64,000 nucleotides of DNA from Acidimicrobiales bacterium (GCA_965262175.1 CBDHES010000002.1:2981490-3045489), one strand, 5' to 3'. Shown: positions 17,749 to 27,936, counted from the first letter of the stretch. Program-made: numbers and translations. Notes: generated from the letters alone by a model not told the origin.

Positions 17749-18384
17749 TCAGGCGACTCGTTCGAACAGGTAGGCGAAGGGTGAGCGGGTGTAGCCGATG
17801 CCCCGGCCCCGCTCATGGAGGGCCTCGGCCGTGATCGTCTGAGGCTTCTTGGGGACGAGGTACTCCTCCAGTGCCTCGGTCGAGACGCGGTACCGGCCCG
17901 GTCGGGCGATGACCACGCCAGCGAGCCGATACCGATGATCGATCGAGGCCATCGCCGCGTCGCCGTGGCTGGGGTTGACCAGGAGCCGCCCCCCGATGCG
18001 AAGGTGCTCGGTGCAGTGCTCCGAGACGAACCCGGCGTACAGGGACACGAGGAGGTCGAACGACTCCGGTTCGAGGTCGAGGGCCTCCCGGTAGTCGCGG
18101 TGAAGGAACGTCACCGAGCGGGGCCCATGGGCGGGCGCGTTGGCCGCGATGATCTCATCGACCCCCTCGGTGTCGGCGAAGAAGTGGGCGGCCCGTCGGT
18201 CGAGATCGACGTAGGTCACCTCGCCGAACACGAACGACGGGGCGAGGTCGACGAACGAGCCGGGATAGAGCACCGTCTGGGCGACGACGGCGGCGGCGAC
18301 CGCCGAGAACAGCCGGAACCGATCGCCGGTGTGCCGATCCTGGGCTGCCCACAGCTTCTCGGTCCGGGCCAACATCCCGGTCAT
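17749..18384 (-). CDS. Hypothetical protein, possibly a class I methyltransferase-like fold
   Basis: The start is at MTGMLARTEK (18384). The pattern LYPGSFVDLAPS...DLLVSLYAG...LRIGGRLLVN resembles a Rossmann-type methyltransferase, but no clear GxGxG motif is present. Confidence 0.4.
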   Translation of the reverse strand: MTGMLARTEKLWAAQDRHTGDRFRLFSAVAAAVVAQTVLYPGSFVDLAPSFVFGEVTYVDLDRRAAHFFADTEGVDEIIAANAPAHGPRSVTFLHRDYREALDLEPESFDLLVSLYAGFVSEHCTEHLRIGGRLLVNPSHGDAAMASIDHRYRLAGVVIARPGRYRVSTEALEEYLVPKKPQTITAEALHERGRGIGYTRSPFAYLFERVA

Positions 18385-18616
18385 TCTAGGTTTCCGCCCC
18401 CGGGCGGTCCCGCGGGAGCGCCCGGGGGCGAGCCCCACGGGTGGGGCCGGGGCAGACGGGTCGGACGGGAGGACCGACGGGTGACGTGACCCGGCAGGGT
18501 CGACCTACCTGGTCGTTCTGCCCCCCCGGTCGGGGCCCGTTGCCCGGTCGTTCCGCGACGAAGCCCGACCCCGAACTCGTTCAGATTCGAATGAACCATC
18601 TACCGTTGGAGGTGGC

Positions 18617-19884
18617 GTGACGGACGGCGGGATGGCGGATGCTGCCGATGATGAGGAGATCGGCCGCGAGTGGCGACGGCTTCTCGCGGCCCAAATCGAC
18701 CTGCGGCTCACCCTGGCCGACACCGAGGATCCGGATGCCCGAACCGAGCTGATCGACCGGATCAAGCACAACCGGGTGGTGCTCCGGGCGATCGAGGGCC
18801 GCCTCGACAACCCGACCGTCGATCCCGTTGATCCCGTCGATCCCGTCGATCGGCCGGCTGACCCACCGAACCCGGCGATCGAGATCGAGGAGCAGACCGT
18901 GGCATCCACCTCCGGGGACGACGACCCCCCGACCCCTGAAGCCGCCTTCCCAGCTCCCGGTCGGCCCGAGGCCGAGCCCGACCCTGGACCGGGTCCCGAG
19001 CCCGGACGGCGGGGAGACCGGCGGGGGCGGTGGCCGCTCGTGGCCGGAGCGCTCGCCCTCGCCGCGGTGATCGCCGTTGGCCTGTGGTTGCTCCTCGGGC
19101 GCGACGACGAGCGGGCCGCCACCGCCCGGGGCGAGGTGGCCGGGCAGCCCGACGGATCGGATCGGTCGACGACGACCGTGCCCTCCAGCGCGACGCCGAT
19201 GCGGTGCGGGGCCAGCTGGCCCGCCTCGGGTTCTCCGGGCTGGAGGTCTCGGTGGTCGATCCGACGATCTACGTCGCCGGCACCGTCGCCACCGAACAGG
19301 ATCGGTCGACCATCCGCAGCGCGCTGGTGGCGTCGGTCGGTGGTGACCGGCTCGACCTGACCGGCATCGTGGTCGACCCGGTGACCGGTGGACCCGGGCC
19401 GGGCCCAGGGCCGGGACCAGGCCAGCAACCGGGTGGGACCGGGCCGGGCGGACCGATGCCCGGCGCTCCCCCGCCGGGAGCCCCGCCGCCGGGCTTCGTG
19501 CCGCCGACCGAGGAGCAGCGGGCCGCCCTCCAGGACGACCTCGACCGGGTCCTCGCGATGACGCCGCTGGTGTTCGACGTCGGCTCGACCGAGCTCAACG
19601 AGCTTCAACGCCAGACCCTCGACACCGTCATCCGGCCGTTGCTCGAGGCCCATCCCGGGGTGCCGGTGCGCCTGGTCGGGTACACCGACGGGACCGGGCC
19701 GCCCGACGACAACGACCTGCTGAGCTTGGCGCGGGCGATCGCCGTGCAGGAGTACCTGGTCTCGACCGGCGTACCCGAGTTCATCCTCCGGGTGGAGGGG
19801 CGGGGCGCGGCCGACGCCTCGGGCGACGCCTCCCGGGACCGTCGGGTGGAGATCGAGGTGGTCGACGGACCGTACCGGCCCTGA
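18617..19884 (+). pseudogene. Membrane-anchored OmpA/MotB C-terminal domain protein, apparently frameshifted near 19153-19165
   Basis: The N-terminal part, including the TM segment WPLVAGALALAAVIAVGLWLLLG, is in the frame of ORF 18617. The BON-like region and OmpA-like domain (VRLVGYTDGTGPPDDNDLLSLARAIAVQEYL...DRRVEIEV) are in the frame of ORF 19030. The switch occurs at the tandem cggat-cggat. Confidence 0.55.
19153..19165 (+). repeat. 5-bp direct tandem repeat (cggat cggat cgg) at the frame-switch point of the OmpA-like gene
   Basis: Read directly from the sequence. Removing one 5-nt unit joins ...GQPDGS to VDDDRALQRDADAVR... in a single frame. Confidence 0.6.
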
Positions 19885-19922
19885 TCAGGGCGGCAGAAGG
19901 TCCGCCGCTACCCTGCACCGCC

Positions 19923-20300
19923 ATGGACACCAGCCAGCGACCAACCATCTCCGTTCCCGAGGGCGACGCCCCGACCGAGCTCGTCGTCGAGGATCACGTC
20001 GTCGGCGATGGCGCCGAGGCGGTGAGCGGAGCCCAGGTCGACGTCGACTACGTCGGCGTGAGCTGGAGCACCGGCTCGGAGTTCGACGCCTCGTGGAACC
20101 GGGGCAACCCCCTCTCGTTCACCCTCGGGGCCGGCCAGGTCATCCAGGGGTGGGACCAGGGCGTGGCCGGCATGCGGGTCGGCGGACGACGGACGATCAC
20201 CATTCCCCCCCACCTGGGCTACGGCGCAGCGGGGGCCGGCGGGGTGATCGGGCCGAACGAAACCCTCATCTTCACCGTCGACCTCCGCTCGATCGGCTGA
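19923..20300 (+). CDS. FKBP-type peptidyl-prolyl cis-trans isomerase
   Basis: VDYVGVSWSTGSEFDASWNRGNPLSFTLGAGQVIQGWDQGVAGMRVGGRR.ITIPPHLGYG. Confidence 0.9.
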   Translation: MDTSQRPTISVPEGDAPTELVVEDHVVGDGAEAVSGAQVDVDYVGVSWSTGSEFDASWNRGNPLSFTLGAGQVIQGWDQGVAGMRVGGRRTITIPPHLGYGAAGAGGVIGPNETLIFTVDLRSIG

Positions 20301-20372
20301 CCGGCGGCGACCGCCCGACGATCCGATCGGCGAGCACGGCTGGCCGCGAGCACGGCTGGCCGCAGAGCACGG

Positions 20373-21326
20373 CTAGCCGGCGATCTCCCGCAGGCGCTTC
20401 TTGTCGACCGAGTGCTGCCAGTCGGCCAGGATCGCCCGGATGGCGGCCACCAGGGCCAGCGGCTGGTCGAGCGGGATGTGGTGGTAAGCCTGAGGAATCT
20501 CGATCATCGGGGCGTTCCGCCCGGTGAGCTCCTCCATGTAGCTCTGCACCTCCGGGGTGACCAGATCGCTCAGCTGGCCATGCATGAGGGCCAGCCGGCA
20601 CGTGGTCCGGCTGAGGTAGTCGTTGGTGGTGTAGCGCTCGCGGGCGAAGACCGACGGGTCGAACTTCCAGGTCCATCCCCGCTCGGTCTCGTGGAGGGAA
20701 TGCCGGGCGATGTGGTCGACGATGTAGTCGTTCACGGTCGGCTGGGGCGGCTGGAGGTGGAAGTGCTCCACCGCCGTCTCCAGGTCGGGGTAGGTCTTCG
20801 GGTTGCGGAACATCCGGCCCCGCTCCCCCTCCTCCGACTCGGGGTCGGGCTCCCGGACCGGAGCGTCGACGATGATGGCGCCGGCCAGCTCGTGACCGAA
20901 GCGGGCGGCGGCGGCGATCGCCACATGGCCTCCCATCGAGTGGCCGATGACGATCGGTCGGTCCTGGCCTCCGGCGTGGCGGGCGACCGCCATCACCTCC
21001 TCGGCCCACTGCTCCATCGAGTACGTCGGGCGGCGACCGCTGTCGCCGTGGCCCGACAGGTCGGGGGCGACGACGAAGTAGCGGGCCGACCGGGTCGAGG
21101 TGAACTGTGGGGCGATGAACGACCACCACTGAGCGTGGGCCGCACCGCCGTGGAGGAGCACCAGGCACGGCAGCTCGGGGTCGCCCCAGGCGAGGTAGTG
21201 GATGTCGCACCCGTCGACGTCGACGAACCGCGACTCGGGGTGGGTGGCGATGGCGCCGGTGAACCAGGAGGGGGGACGGGACATGGGCCCAGTCTGCCGG
21301 CCCCAGCGGCCCGACGCCGCCTTCAC
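20373..21326 (-). CDS. Alpha/beta hydrolase
   Basis: HGGAAHAQWW, nucleophile elbow GHSMGG and a C-terminal His (AYHHIP). GTG 21326 overlaps the E3 stop (GTGA). The alternative start is ATG 21284. Confidence 0.8.
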   Translation of the reverse strand: MKAASGRWGRQTGPMSRPPSWFTGAIATHPESRFVDVDGCDIHYLAWGDPELPCLVLLHGGAAHAQWWSFIAPQFTSTRSARYFVVAPDLSGHGDSGRRPTYSMEQWAEEVMAVARHAGGQDRPIVIGHSMGGHVAIAAAARFGHELAGAIIVDAPVREPDPESEEGERGRMFRNPKTYPDLETAVEHFHLQPPQPTVNDYIVDHIARHSLHETERGWTWKFDPSVFARERYTTNDYLSRTTCRLALMHGQLSDLVTPEVQSYMEELTGRNAPMIEIPQAYHHIPLDQPLALVAAIRAILADWQHSVDKKRLREIAG

Positions 21327-22825
21327 CGCCCCCGGCGGGCGATGTGGATCGGGTGGCCGAGGGCGACCAGGGCCGCCTCGCCAAACGCCTCGCCGAGGGT
21401 CGGATGGGCGTGGATGGTGCCGGCGATGTCCTCCAGGCGGGCGCCCATCTCGATCGCCAGGCCGAAGCCCGAAGCCAGCTCGGCCACCGCCGACCCGACG
21501 GCCTGGATTCCGACGACGAGGTGGTTGTCGGCCCGAGCCACGACCCGCACGAACCCGACCTCGTCGGCCAGGGTCATCGCCCGCCCGTTGGCGGTCAGGG
21601 GGAACCGGCCGACGACGATCTCGGCCCCGCTCCCGCCGACGACCTCCCGGGCCCGGTCGGGGTCGAAGCCAACGGTGACCACTTCGGGATCGGTGAACAC
21701 GATGGCCGGGATGGCGTGGTTGTCGAATGCGATCGGACGGCCGGCGATGGCCTCGGCCACGACCTCACCCTGCCGCATGGCCCGGTGGGCCAGCATCGGC
21801 TCGCCGGTGACATCGCCGATGGCCCAGACGTTCCGCATCGAGGTCTGGCACCGGTCGTCGACGGTGATGGCCGCCATGCCGCCCTGGCCGTCCATCGTGA
21901 CCACGAGCTCATCGAGACCCAACCCGTCGGTCATCGGACGTCGGCCGACGGTCACCAGGACCTTGTCGGCACCGACCACGGCGGGGCCGTCCGGTCCCTC
22001 GATCGCCAGGCCCTCGGCGGTCAGGCCGGTGGCCCGGGTCCCGGCGAGGACGGTCACGTCGAGGTCGGCCAGCCGCCGTTCGACGGGACGGGTCAGCTCC
22101 CGGTCGTACTGGGGGAGGACTCGTTCGGCCAGCTCGACGATGGTGACGTGGGCGCCCAGCTTGGCGAAGGCGGTGCCCAGCTCGAGGCCGATGTAGCCAC
22201 CGCCGACGACGGCCAACGACCGGGGGACCTCGGTCAGATCGAGCGCTCCGGTCGACGACAGGACCTCGGGGCCGACCGGCCCGGTCCCGAACGGGACGGC
22301 GTCGAGGGCGATCGGGGCGGACCCGGTGGCGATGACGACGTGCTCGGCTTCGATGACCAACCGGTGGCCGGCGTCGGCCCCGGCCGGGATGACCTCGACC
22401 GTCTTCCCGTCGAGGAACCGGGCCCGACCGGCGATGACCTCGGTACCGGCGGCGGCCAACACCGTGCCGACACCGTCGTTCAGCCGTCGGACGATCCCGT
22501 CCTTCCAGGCCCTGGTCGTCGCCAGGTCGATCGAGACCTCGGCGGCCCGGATCCCGAGGGCGCCGATCCCGTGGGTGACCGGGTCGGCGGCCGCGGTGAG
22601 GGCCGCCAGCTCATCGGCGGCGTGGATGAGGGCCTTGGACGGGATGCAGCCCACGTTGAGGCAGGTGCCCCCGAGGGGCTGGTCGTCGATGACGACCGCC
22701 TCCACCCCGAGCTGACCACACCGGATGCCGGCCACGTAGCCGCCTGGTCCGCCTCCGATGATCACCACCGGAACCCGACGCCGCTCGATCGACGACACCG
22801 GCCCGCTTGGTGCCGGCCCGGTCAT
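21323..22825 (-). CDS. lpd: Dihydrolipoyl dehydrogenase (E3)
   Basis: VVIIGGGPGGYVAGIRC, redox-active CLNVGCIPSK, and GDVTGEPMLAHRA. ATGA overlap with E2. Confidence 0.92.
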   Translation of the reverse strand: MTGPAPSGPVSSIERRRVPVVIIGGGPGGYVAGIRCGQLGVEAVVIDDQPLGGTCLNVGCIPSKALIHAADELAALTAAADPVTHGIGALGIRAAEVSIDLATTRAWKDGIVRRLNDGVGTVLAAAGTEVIAGRARFLDGKTVEVIPAGADAGHRLVIEAEHVVIATGSAPIALDAVPFGTGPVGPEVLSSTGALDLTEVPRSLAVVGGGYIGLELGTAFAKLGAHVTIVELAERVLPQYDRELTRPVERRLADLDVTVLAGTRATGLTAEGLAIEGPDGPAVVGADKVLVTVGRRPMTDGLGLDELVVTMDGQGGMAAITVDDRCQTSMRNVWAIGDVTGEPMLAHRAMRQGEVVAEAIAGRPIAFDNHAIPAIVFTDPEVVTVGFDPDRAREVVGGSGAEIVVGRFPLTANGRAMTLADEVGFVRVVARADNHLVVGIQAVGSAVAELASGFGLAIEMGARLEDIAGTIHAHPTLGEAFGEAALVALGHPIHIARRGR

Positions 22826-24219
22826 GCGCCGGCCCCCGTCGATCCCGCCCCGCCGTCGGGGCCGCCCGGCGACGGACCGTCGACCAGCAGCAACGCCGGC
22901 TCCTCGAGCGACGCCTTGATCTTCTGGACGAACTGGGCGGCGTCCCATCCGTCGACGATCCGGTGATCGAACGACGACGACAGGTTCATGACCTTCCGGG
23001 GTACCGGGGTGACCGGCCCCCCGGCCGGCTCGTCGAGGTAGGTCGGTCGGGTGACGATCTTGTTGACGCCGATGATGGCCACCTCGGGCTTGTTGAGGAC
23101 CGGGGTGGTGACGAGGCCGCCCAACGACCCGAGGCTGGTGATCGTGATCGTCGAGCCGGTCAGCTCGGCCGGGGTGACGCCACCGTCCCGGGATCGGGTC
23201 GCCAGATCACCGATCTTGGCCGCCAAGCTCCACAGCGACTCGGCCTCGGCGTGGCGGACGACCGGCACCACCAGCCCGTTTGGGGTCTGGGTGGCGATCC
23301 CGACGTGCACGCCGCCGTAGGTCGTGAGGGTCTCGGTCTCGTCGTCGACGTGGGCGTTCATCTGGGGGTGATCGGCGATGGCGTCGACCATGGCTCGAAT
23401 GAGGAACGGCAGCAGCGTCAGCCGCACCGCTCGCTCGGCGTAGCGGTCGTTGAACGCCGAGCGGAGCGATTCGAGGGCCGTCACGTCGACCTCGTCGACG
23501 TAGGTGATGTGGGGGATGGTCTGGGTCGCGGTGAGGGTCCGGCGAGCGATCTGGCGACGGATGCCGATGATGGGTTCCTCGGTCACCCGCCGGTCGGGGC
23601 TGCGGGTGCCGGCGACGGCCGGCCCGCCCCGGGGTGAGGCCGCCGAGGCGGGGGCCGCTCCATGCCAGTAGGCGTCGAGATCGTCGTGGGTGATCCGACC
23701 GGCTGGCCCGGTGCCCCGGACCAGGCGGAGGTCGATCCCGCCCTGGCGGGCCCGGTGGCGAACGGCGGGCGAGGCCAAGGGCCGCTCCCCCTCGGCCCGG
23801 GGCGGGCCACTGGCGGTGGTGGGAGCCGGGGACACCGCCGGCGCCGAGACCGATGCCGAGGGCTCGGGCCCGGCCGGCGGGGTGCCGACCGCTTCGGCCG
23901 GCGCCACGGGGGTCGACACCGACGCCGGGGCCGACACCGGCGCCGGGGCCGGGGGTGGCGGTTCACCGGACGGCTCACCGTCGACGGTCAGCTCCAACAG
24001 CGTGGTCCCGACGGCCAGGATCTCTCCGACCTCGCCGTTGCGGACGGCCACCACGCCGTCGGCCGGGGCGGGGATCTCGACGTTGGCCTTGTCGGTCATC
24101 ACCTCGGCCAGGACCTGGTTCCGGGCGACGGTGTCGCCGACCGACACGGCCCACGCCACCACCTCGACCTCGGCGATCCCCTCCCCGACGTCGGGGACCT
24201 TCACCACCTGGGTGCCCAT
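22822..24219 (-). CDS. Dihydrolipoamide acyltransferase (E2) of a 2-oxoacid dehydrogenase complex
   Basis: Lipoyl domain (EVMTDKANVEIPAP), peripheral subunit-binding domain (ASPAVRHRARQGGIDL) and catalytic SSSFDHRIVDG. The start is at MGTQVVKVPD (24219). Confidence 0.92.
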   Translation of the reverse strand: MGTQVVKVPDVGEGIAEVEVVAWAVSVGDTVARNQVLAEVMTDKANVEIPAPADGVVAVRNGEVGEILAVGTTLLELTVDGEPSGEPPPPAPAPVSAPASVSTPVAPAEAVGTPPAGPEPSASVSAPAVSPAPTTASGPPRAEGERPLASPAVRHRARQGGIDLRLVRGTGPAGRITHDDLDAYWHGAAPASAASPRGGPAVAGTRSPDRRVTEEPIIGIRRQIARRTLTATQTIPHITYVDEVDVTALESLRSAFNDRYAERAVRLTLLPFLIRAMVDAIADHPQMNAHVDDETETLTTYGGVHVGIATQTPNGLVVPVVRHAEAESLWSLAAKIGDLATRSRDGGVTPAELTGSTITITSLGSLGGLVTTPVLNKPEVAIIGVNKIVTRPTYLDEPAGGPVTPVPRKVMNLSSSFDHRIVDGWDAAQFVQKIKASLEEPALLLVDGPSPGGPDGGAGSTGAGA

Positions 24220-24233
24220 CGTCACCTCCCTCG

Positions 24234-25289
24234 TCAGTACTCGAGTACGGCCCGCAGGGCCCGTGCGACCCGGTCGGGACCGGGGAAGTAGGCCCACTCC
24301 TGCCCCATCGGATACGGGGTGTCCCACCCCGTGACCCGGGTGATCGGGGCCTCCAGCCAATCGAAGCACCGCTCCTGGACCTGGGCCGACAGTTCGGCCC
24401 CGAACCCGCTGGTCCGCGTCGCCTCGTGGGCGATGACGACCCGGCCGGTCGACTGGACCGAGGCCGTGATCGTGTCGATGTCGAGGGGGAGGAGGGTCCG
24501 GAGATCGATCACCTCGGCGTCGATCCCGGTCTCGGTCGCCGCCGCCACCGCCACGTGGACCAGGGTTCCGTAGGCCAGGACGGTGACCTCGCTCCCCGGC
24601 CGGACCACCGCCGCCCGACCGAGCGGAACCCGGTAGTGCCCGAGCGGGACCTGCCCGTCGGGATGGGGTGACCAGGACTGGATCGGTCGATCGTGGTGCC
24701 CGTCGAAGGGCCCGTTGTAGAGCCGTTTGGGCTCGAGGAAGATGACCGGGTCGTCGTTCTCGATCGAGGCGATCAGCAGGCCCTTGGCGTCACGGGGGTT
24801 CGACGGCTGCACCACCTGGAGCCCGGCGACGTGGGTGAACAGCGCCTCGGGGCTCTGGGAGTGGGTCTGGCCGCCCCGGATCCCCCCGCCCACCGGCATC
24901 CGGATCACCAGCGGGGCCGCCAACTCCCCGACGGTCCGCGACCGGAGACGAGCCGCCTCCGACACGATCTGGTCGTAGCCGGGGTACATGTAGTCGGCGA
25001 ACTGGATCTCGGCCACCGGACGGAGGCCGTAGGCCGCCATCCCGACCGCCGCTCCGACGATCCCGCTCTCGGAGATCGGGGTGTCGAACGAGCGGTGGGT
25101 CCCGAAGGTCTGCTGGAGGCCCTCGGTGCAGCGGAAGACGCCACCGAAGTAGCCGGCGTCCTCACCGAAGGACACGACCCGCTCGTCGCGCTCCATCATC
25201 GTGGCCAGGGCGTCCCGGATCGCCTCGATCATCGACATCGGCCGGGTCGGCGTCCCGGTCGTCTCCGCGGTGGCCTCGGTGGCGGTCAT
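24234..25289 (-). CDS. 2-oxoacid dehydrogenase E1 component beta subunit
   Basis: MSMIEAIRDALATMMERDERVVSFGEDAG.FGGVFRCTEGL...IQFADY. The start overlaps the E1alpha stop by 1 nt. Confidence 0.92.
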   Translation of the reverse strand: MTATEATAETTGTPTRPMSMIEAIRDALATMMERDERVVSFGEDAGYFGGVFRCTEGLQQTFGTHRSFDTPISESGIVGAAVGMAAYGLRPVAEIQFADYMYPGYDQIVSEAARLRSRTVGELAAPLVIRMPVGGGIRGGQTHSQSPEALFTHVAGLQVVQPSNPRDAKGLLIASIENDDPVIFLEPKRLYNGPFDGHHDRPIQSWSPHPDGQVPLGHYRVPLGRAAVVRPGSEVTVLAYGTLVHVAVAAATETGIDAEVIDLRTLLPLDIDTITASVQSTGRVVIAHEATRTSGFGAELSAQVQERCFDWLEAPITRVTGWDTPYPMGQEWAYFPGPDRVARALRAVLEY

Positions 25290-26545
25290 CACACCCCCAG
25301 CTCCTGCCGCTGCTCCCGCAGGTGGCGGGGCATCTCGGCGTAGACGTGCTCGAACATGTGGCGAGCGCTGGGGCTCGGGCCGCTGGTCATCGTGCCGAGG
25401 GCCTCGGCCTCGGTGACGGTGGCCGTCATCTCGGTGGTGACCTCGGAGGTGATCGCTTCGACCCCGTCGGGGGCCAGGGCGCCGGTGGCGACGAGGTGCT
25501 GGCCGAGGCGGGCGATCGGATCCCCCAGCGGCCAGTTCGACGCGGCCGCCGAGGACCGGTAGCGGCTCGGGTCGTCGGACGACGAGTGGCTCCCCGCCCG
25601 GTAGGTGATCCACTCGATCAACGTCGGGCCGATGCCGGCCCGGGCCCGACGAACCGCCCAGTCGGTGACGGCGTAGACCGCCAGGAGGTCGTTGCCGTCG
25701 GCCCGGAGGGTGGGGAGGCCGTAGCCGGTCCCCCGCTGGGCGAAGGTGGCCGCTTCGCCACCGGCGATCCCTTGGAAGCTGGAGATCGCCCACTGGTTGT
25801 TGACGATGTTGATGATGGCCGGCGGCTGGTAGACCGAGGCGAACACCAGCGCCGAGTGGAAGTCGTTCTCGGCGGTCGATCCCTCACCGGTCCAGGCCAC
25901 GGCCACGTTGCGCTTGCCCTCGATGGCCGACGCCATCGCCCACCCGACAGCCTGGATCAGCTGCGTCGCCAGGTTTCCGGAGATCGAGAAGAACCCGTGC
26001 TCGGGGACCGAGTAGAGCGTCGGGAGCTGGGCCCCTTTCAGTCGGTCACCCGGGTTCGACAGGACCTGGCAGAACATCTCCAGCCGGGAGTGCCCGGCGG
26101 CCATGAGCAACCCCGATTGGCGGTAGGTCGGGAAGTGCATGTCGAGGCCCGGTCCGAACCCGGGCGACGTCGCCGCCACCGCCAGACCGGACCCGACCGC
26201 CACCGCCTCCTCGCCTCGGGATTGGATGGCGAACCCGGCCTTCCCCTGACGCTGGAGCAGCATCGCCTGCTCGTCGAAGACCCGGGTCTCGATCATGTGG
26301 CGGAGTCCCCGGAGCTTGACGGCGTCGTCGAGGACCGGATCCCAGGCCCCGACCGCCCGGCCGTCGTCGTCGAGGACCCGGATGATCGCGCCGGTGTAGG
26401 CGTGGGTATCACCGGCGGCCACGTCGATCGGGGGTCGATCGAGGATGCCGGCCGGGGGGATGTTCAGATGGGAGAAGTCGGGCTCGTCGCCGGGCCGAGC
26501 CGGGGGCTCGGGCACGGTCAGCCGCATCGGTCGTTCGACGGTCAT
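25289..26545 (-). CDS. 2-oxoacid (likely branched-chain) dehydrogenase E1 component alpha subunit (TPP-binding)
   Basis: TPP motif GEGSTAENDFHSALVFASVYQPPAIINIVNNQWAIS. It is followed by the E1beta, E2 and E3 genes. Confidence 0.9.
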   Translation of the reverse strand: MTVERPMRLTVPEPPARPGDEPDFSHLNIPPAGILDRPPIDVAAGDTHAYTGAIIRVLDDDGRAVGAWDPVLDDAVKLRGLRHMIETRVFDEQAMLLQRQGKAGFAIQSRGEEAVAVGSGLAVAATSPGFGPGLDMHFPTYRQSGLLMAAGHSRLEMFCQVLSNPGDRLKGAQLPTLYSVPEHGFFSISGNLATQLIQAVGWAMASAIEGKRNVAVAWTGEGSTAENDFHSALVFASVYQPPAIINIVNNQWAISSFQGIAGGEAATFAQRGTGYGLPTLRADGNDLLAVYAVTDWAVRRARAGIGPTLIEWITYRAGSHSSSDDPSRYRSSAAASNWPLGDPIARLGQHLVATGALAPDGVEAITSEVTTEMTATVTEAEALGTMTSGPSPSARHMFEHVYAEMPRHLREQRQELGV

Positions 26546-26598
26546 GGCGCACCCCCGGTGGCGGACGGTGCCCCGATCCTAGGCGCGACCGGCGACGC

Positions 26599-27102
26599 TC
26601 AGTCGGGGAGGACCCGGAGCTGGCGCCACCGGGAGGTGGCCTCGGTCAACGCCTCGCCGTCGGGCCCGACGATCGCTCCCGTCACGTGGTAGTCCCGGCC
26701 GTCGATCCGCTCCACCCGGGCTCGGGCCACGACCTCGTCGGCCATCGGGACCGGCCGCCGGTAGCGGAGGTTCATCTCGGCCGTCACGCAGGCCAGATCG
26801 GAGGCGTCGGCGGGGAGCGCGAGCTGGGCCGCCACCCCCATGACCTCGTCGAGGATGGTGGCCTGGATGCCGCCGTGGACGACCGTGTCGAGCCCGCAGT
26901 GGTGGGGCGCCGCCCGATGGACGGTCTCGATCGTCCCGTCCGCCAACCGGTGGAAGGTCAGGCGGAGACCCTGCTCGTTGGCCTGACCGCAGCCGAAGCA
27001 GCGGTCGACGCCCGATCGGTCGACGACGATCGGGGCTTCGTCGCTGGCCGGGGCACCGTCGCCGGCCGGAACCGGGTCGGTGCCGACGTCCGGGCCGCTC
27101 AC
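26599..27102 (-). CDS. PaaI-family hotdog-fold thioesterase
   Basis: CFGCGQANEQGLRL...VHGGIQATILDEVMG. GTG 27102 overlaps the SDR stop (GTGA). The rest of ORF 26599..27591 is junk. Confidence 0.75.
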   Translation of the reverse strand: MSGPDVGTDPVPAGDGAPASDEAPIVVDRSGVDRCFGCGQANEQGLRLTFHRLADGTIETVHRAAPHHCGLDTVVHGGIQATILDEVMGVAAQLALPADASDLACVTAEMNLRYRRPVPMADEVVARARVERIDGRDYHVTGAIVGPDGEALTEATSRWRQLRVLPD

Positions 27103-27896
27103 CGGCCGACCAGCCGAGCTCGGAACCGGCGCATGCCGTTGAGCCACCGGTCGTAGTCGTTGGCCTTGCGCTGGAAGTAGGTCGCCACCTCGGCATGGGG
27201 CAGCACGAGGAACCGTTCCTCCCGCATCGCCTCGACGCAGGCCCGGGCCACGTCGTCGGGCTCCAGGATGCCGTCGCCGGCCGCCTGGCGGGCTTCGGCG
27301 TTCGACGCCTTCTCCAACGCCCGGGGGCCGAGGATGTTGGTCCTCACCGCCTGGGGGCACAGTACGGAGACCCCGATGCCCTGGTCGCCGTAGTTGATCG
27401 ACACCCACTCGGCGAAGGCAACCGCGGCGTGCTTGGACACCGCATAGGGACCGGAGTCCATCTGGGTCAGGAGCCCGGCGGCCGACGCGGTGTTGAGCAG
27501 GTACCCGCCGCCCCGCTCGACCATGTGGGGTACGACGGCCCGGGCGGCGTAGAGGTGGGACCAGGTGTGGACGTTCATCATCCGCTCCCACTCGTCGGTC
27601 GGCAGATCGAGCCCCCCTCGGAGCCCGTAGCCGGCGTTGGAGGCGAACACGTCGAGGGATCCGTGGGCGTCGATCACGTCGACCACGAGCCGCTCGACCG
27701 CCCGCTCATCGCCGACGTCGAGCTCGGTCGACGTGGCGACCTCGCCGATCGACGCCGCCGTCTCCGCTGCCCCGTCGCCGTTGAGATCGGTGCAGACCAC
27801 CGCCGAGGCGCCCTCGGCGGCGAACGCCTGGGCCAACGACCGGCCGATGCCGGAGCCGGCCCCGGTCACCACCGCTACCTTGTCACGAAGCTCCAT
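27099..27896 (-). CDS. Short-chain dehydrogenase/reductase (SDR)
   Basis: VTGAGSGIGR (TGxxxGxG), NNAG-like SNAGY, and YAVSKHA (YxxxK). The start is at MELRDKV (27896). Confidence 0.9.
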   Translation of the reverse strand: MELRDKVAVVTGAGSGIGRSLAQAFAAEGASAVVCTDLNGDGAAETAASIGEVATSTELDVGDERAVERLVVDVIDAHGSLDVFASNAGYGLRGGLDLPTDEWERMMNVHTWSHLYAARAVVPHMVERGGGYLLNTASAAGLLTQMDSGPYAVSKHAAVAFAEWVSINYGDQGIGVSVLCPQAVRTNILGPRALEKASNAEARQAAGDGILEPDDVARACVEAMREERFLVLPHAEVATYFQRKANDYDRWLNGMRRFRARLVGR

Positions 27897-27936
27897 GACC
27901 GGCGACCCTAATCGCCGATCGTCGCCGAGCGCCCCC

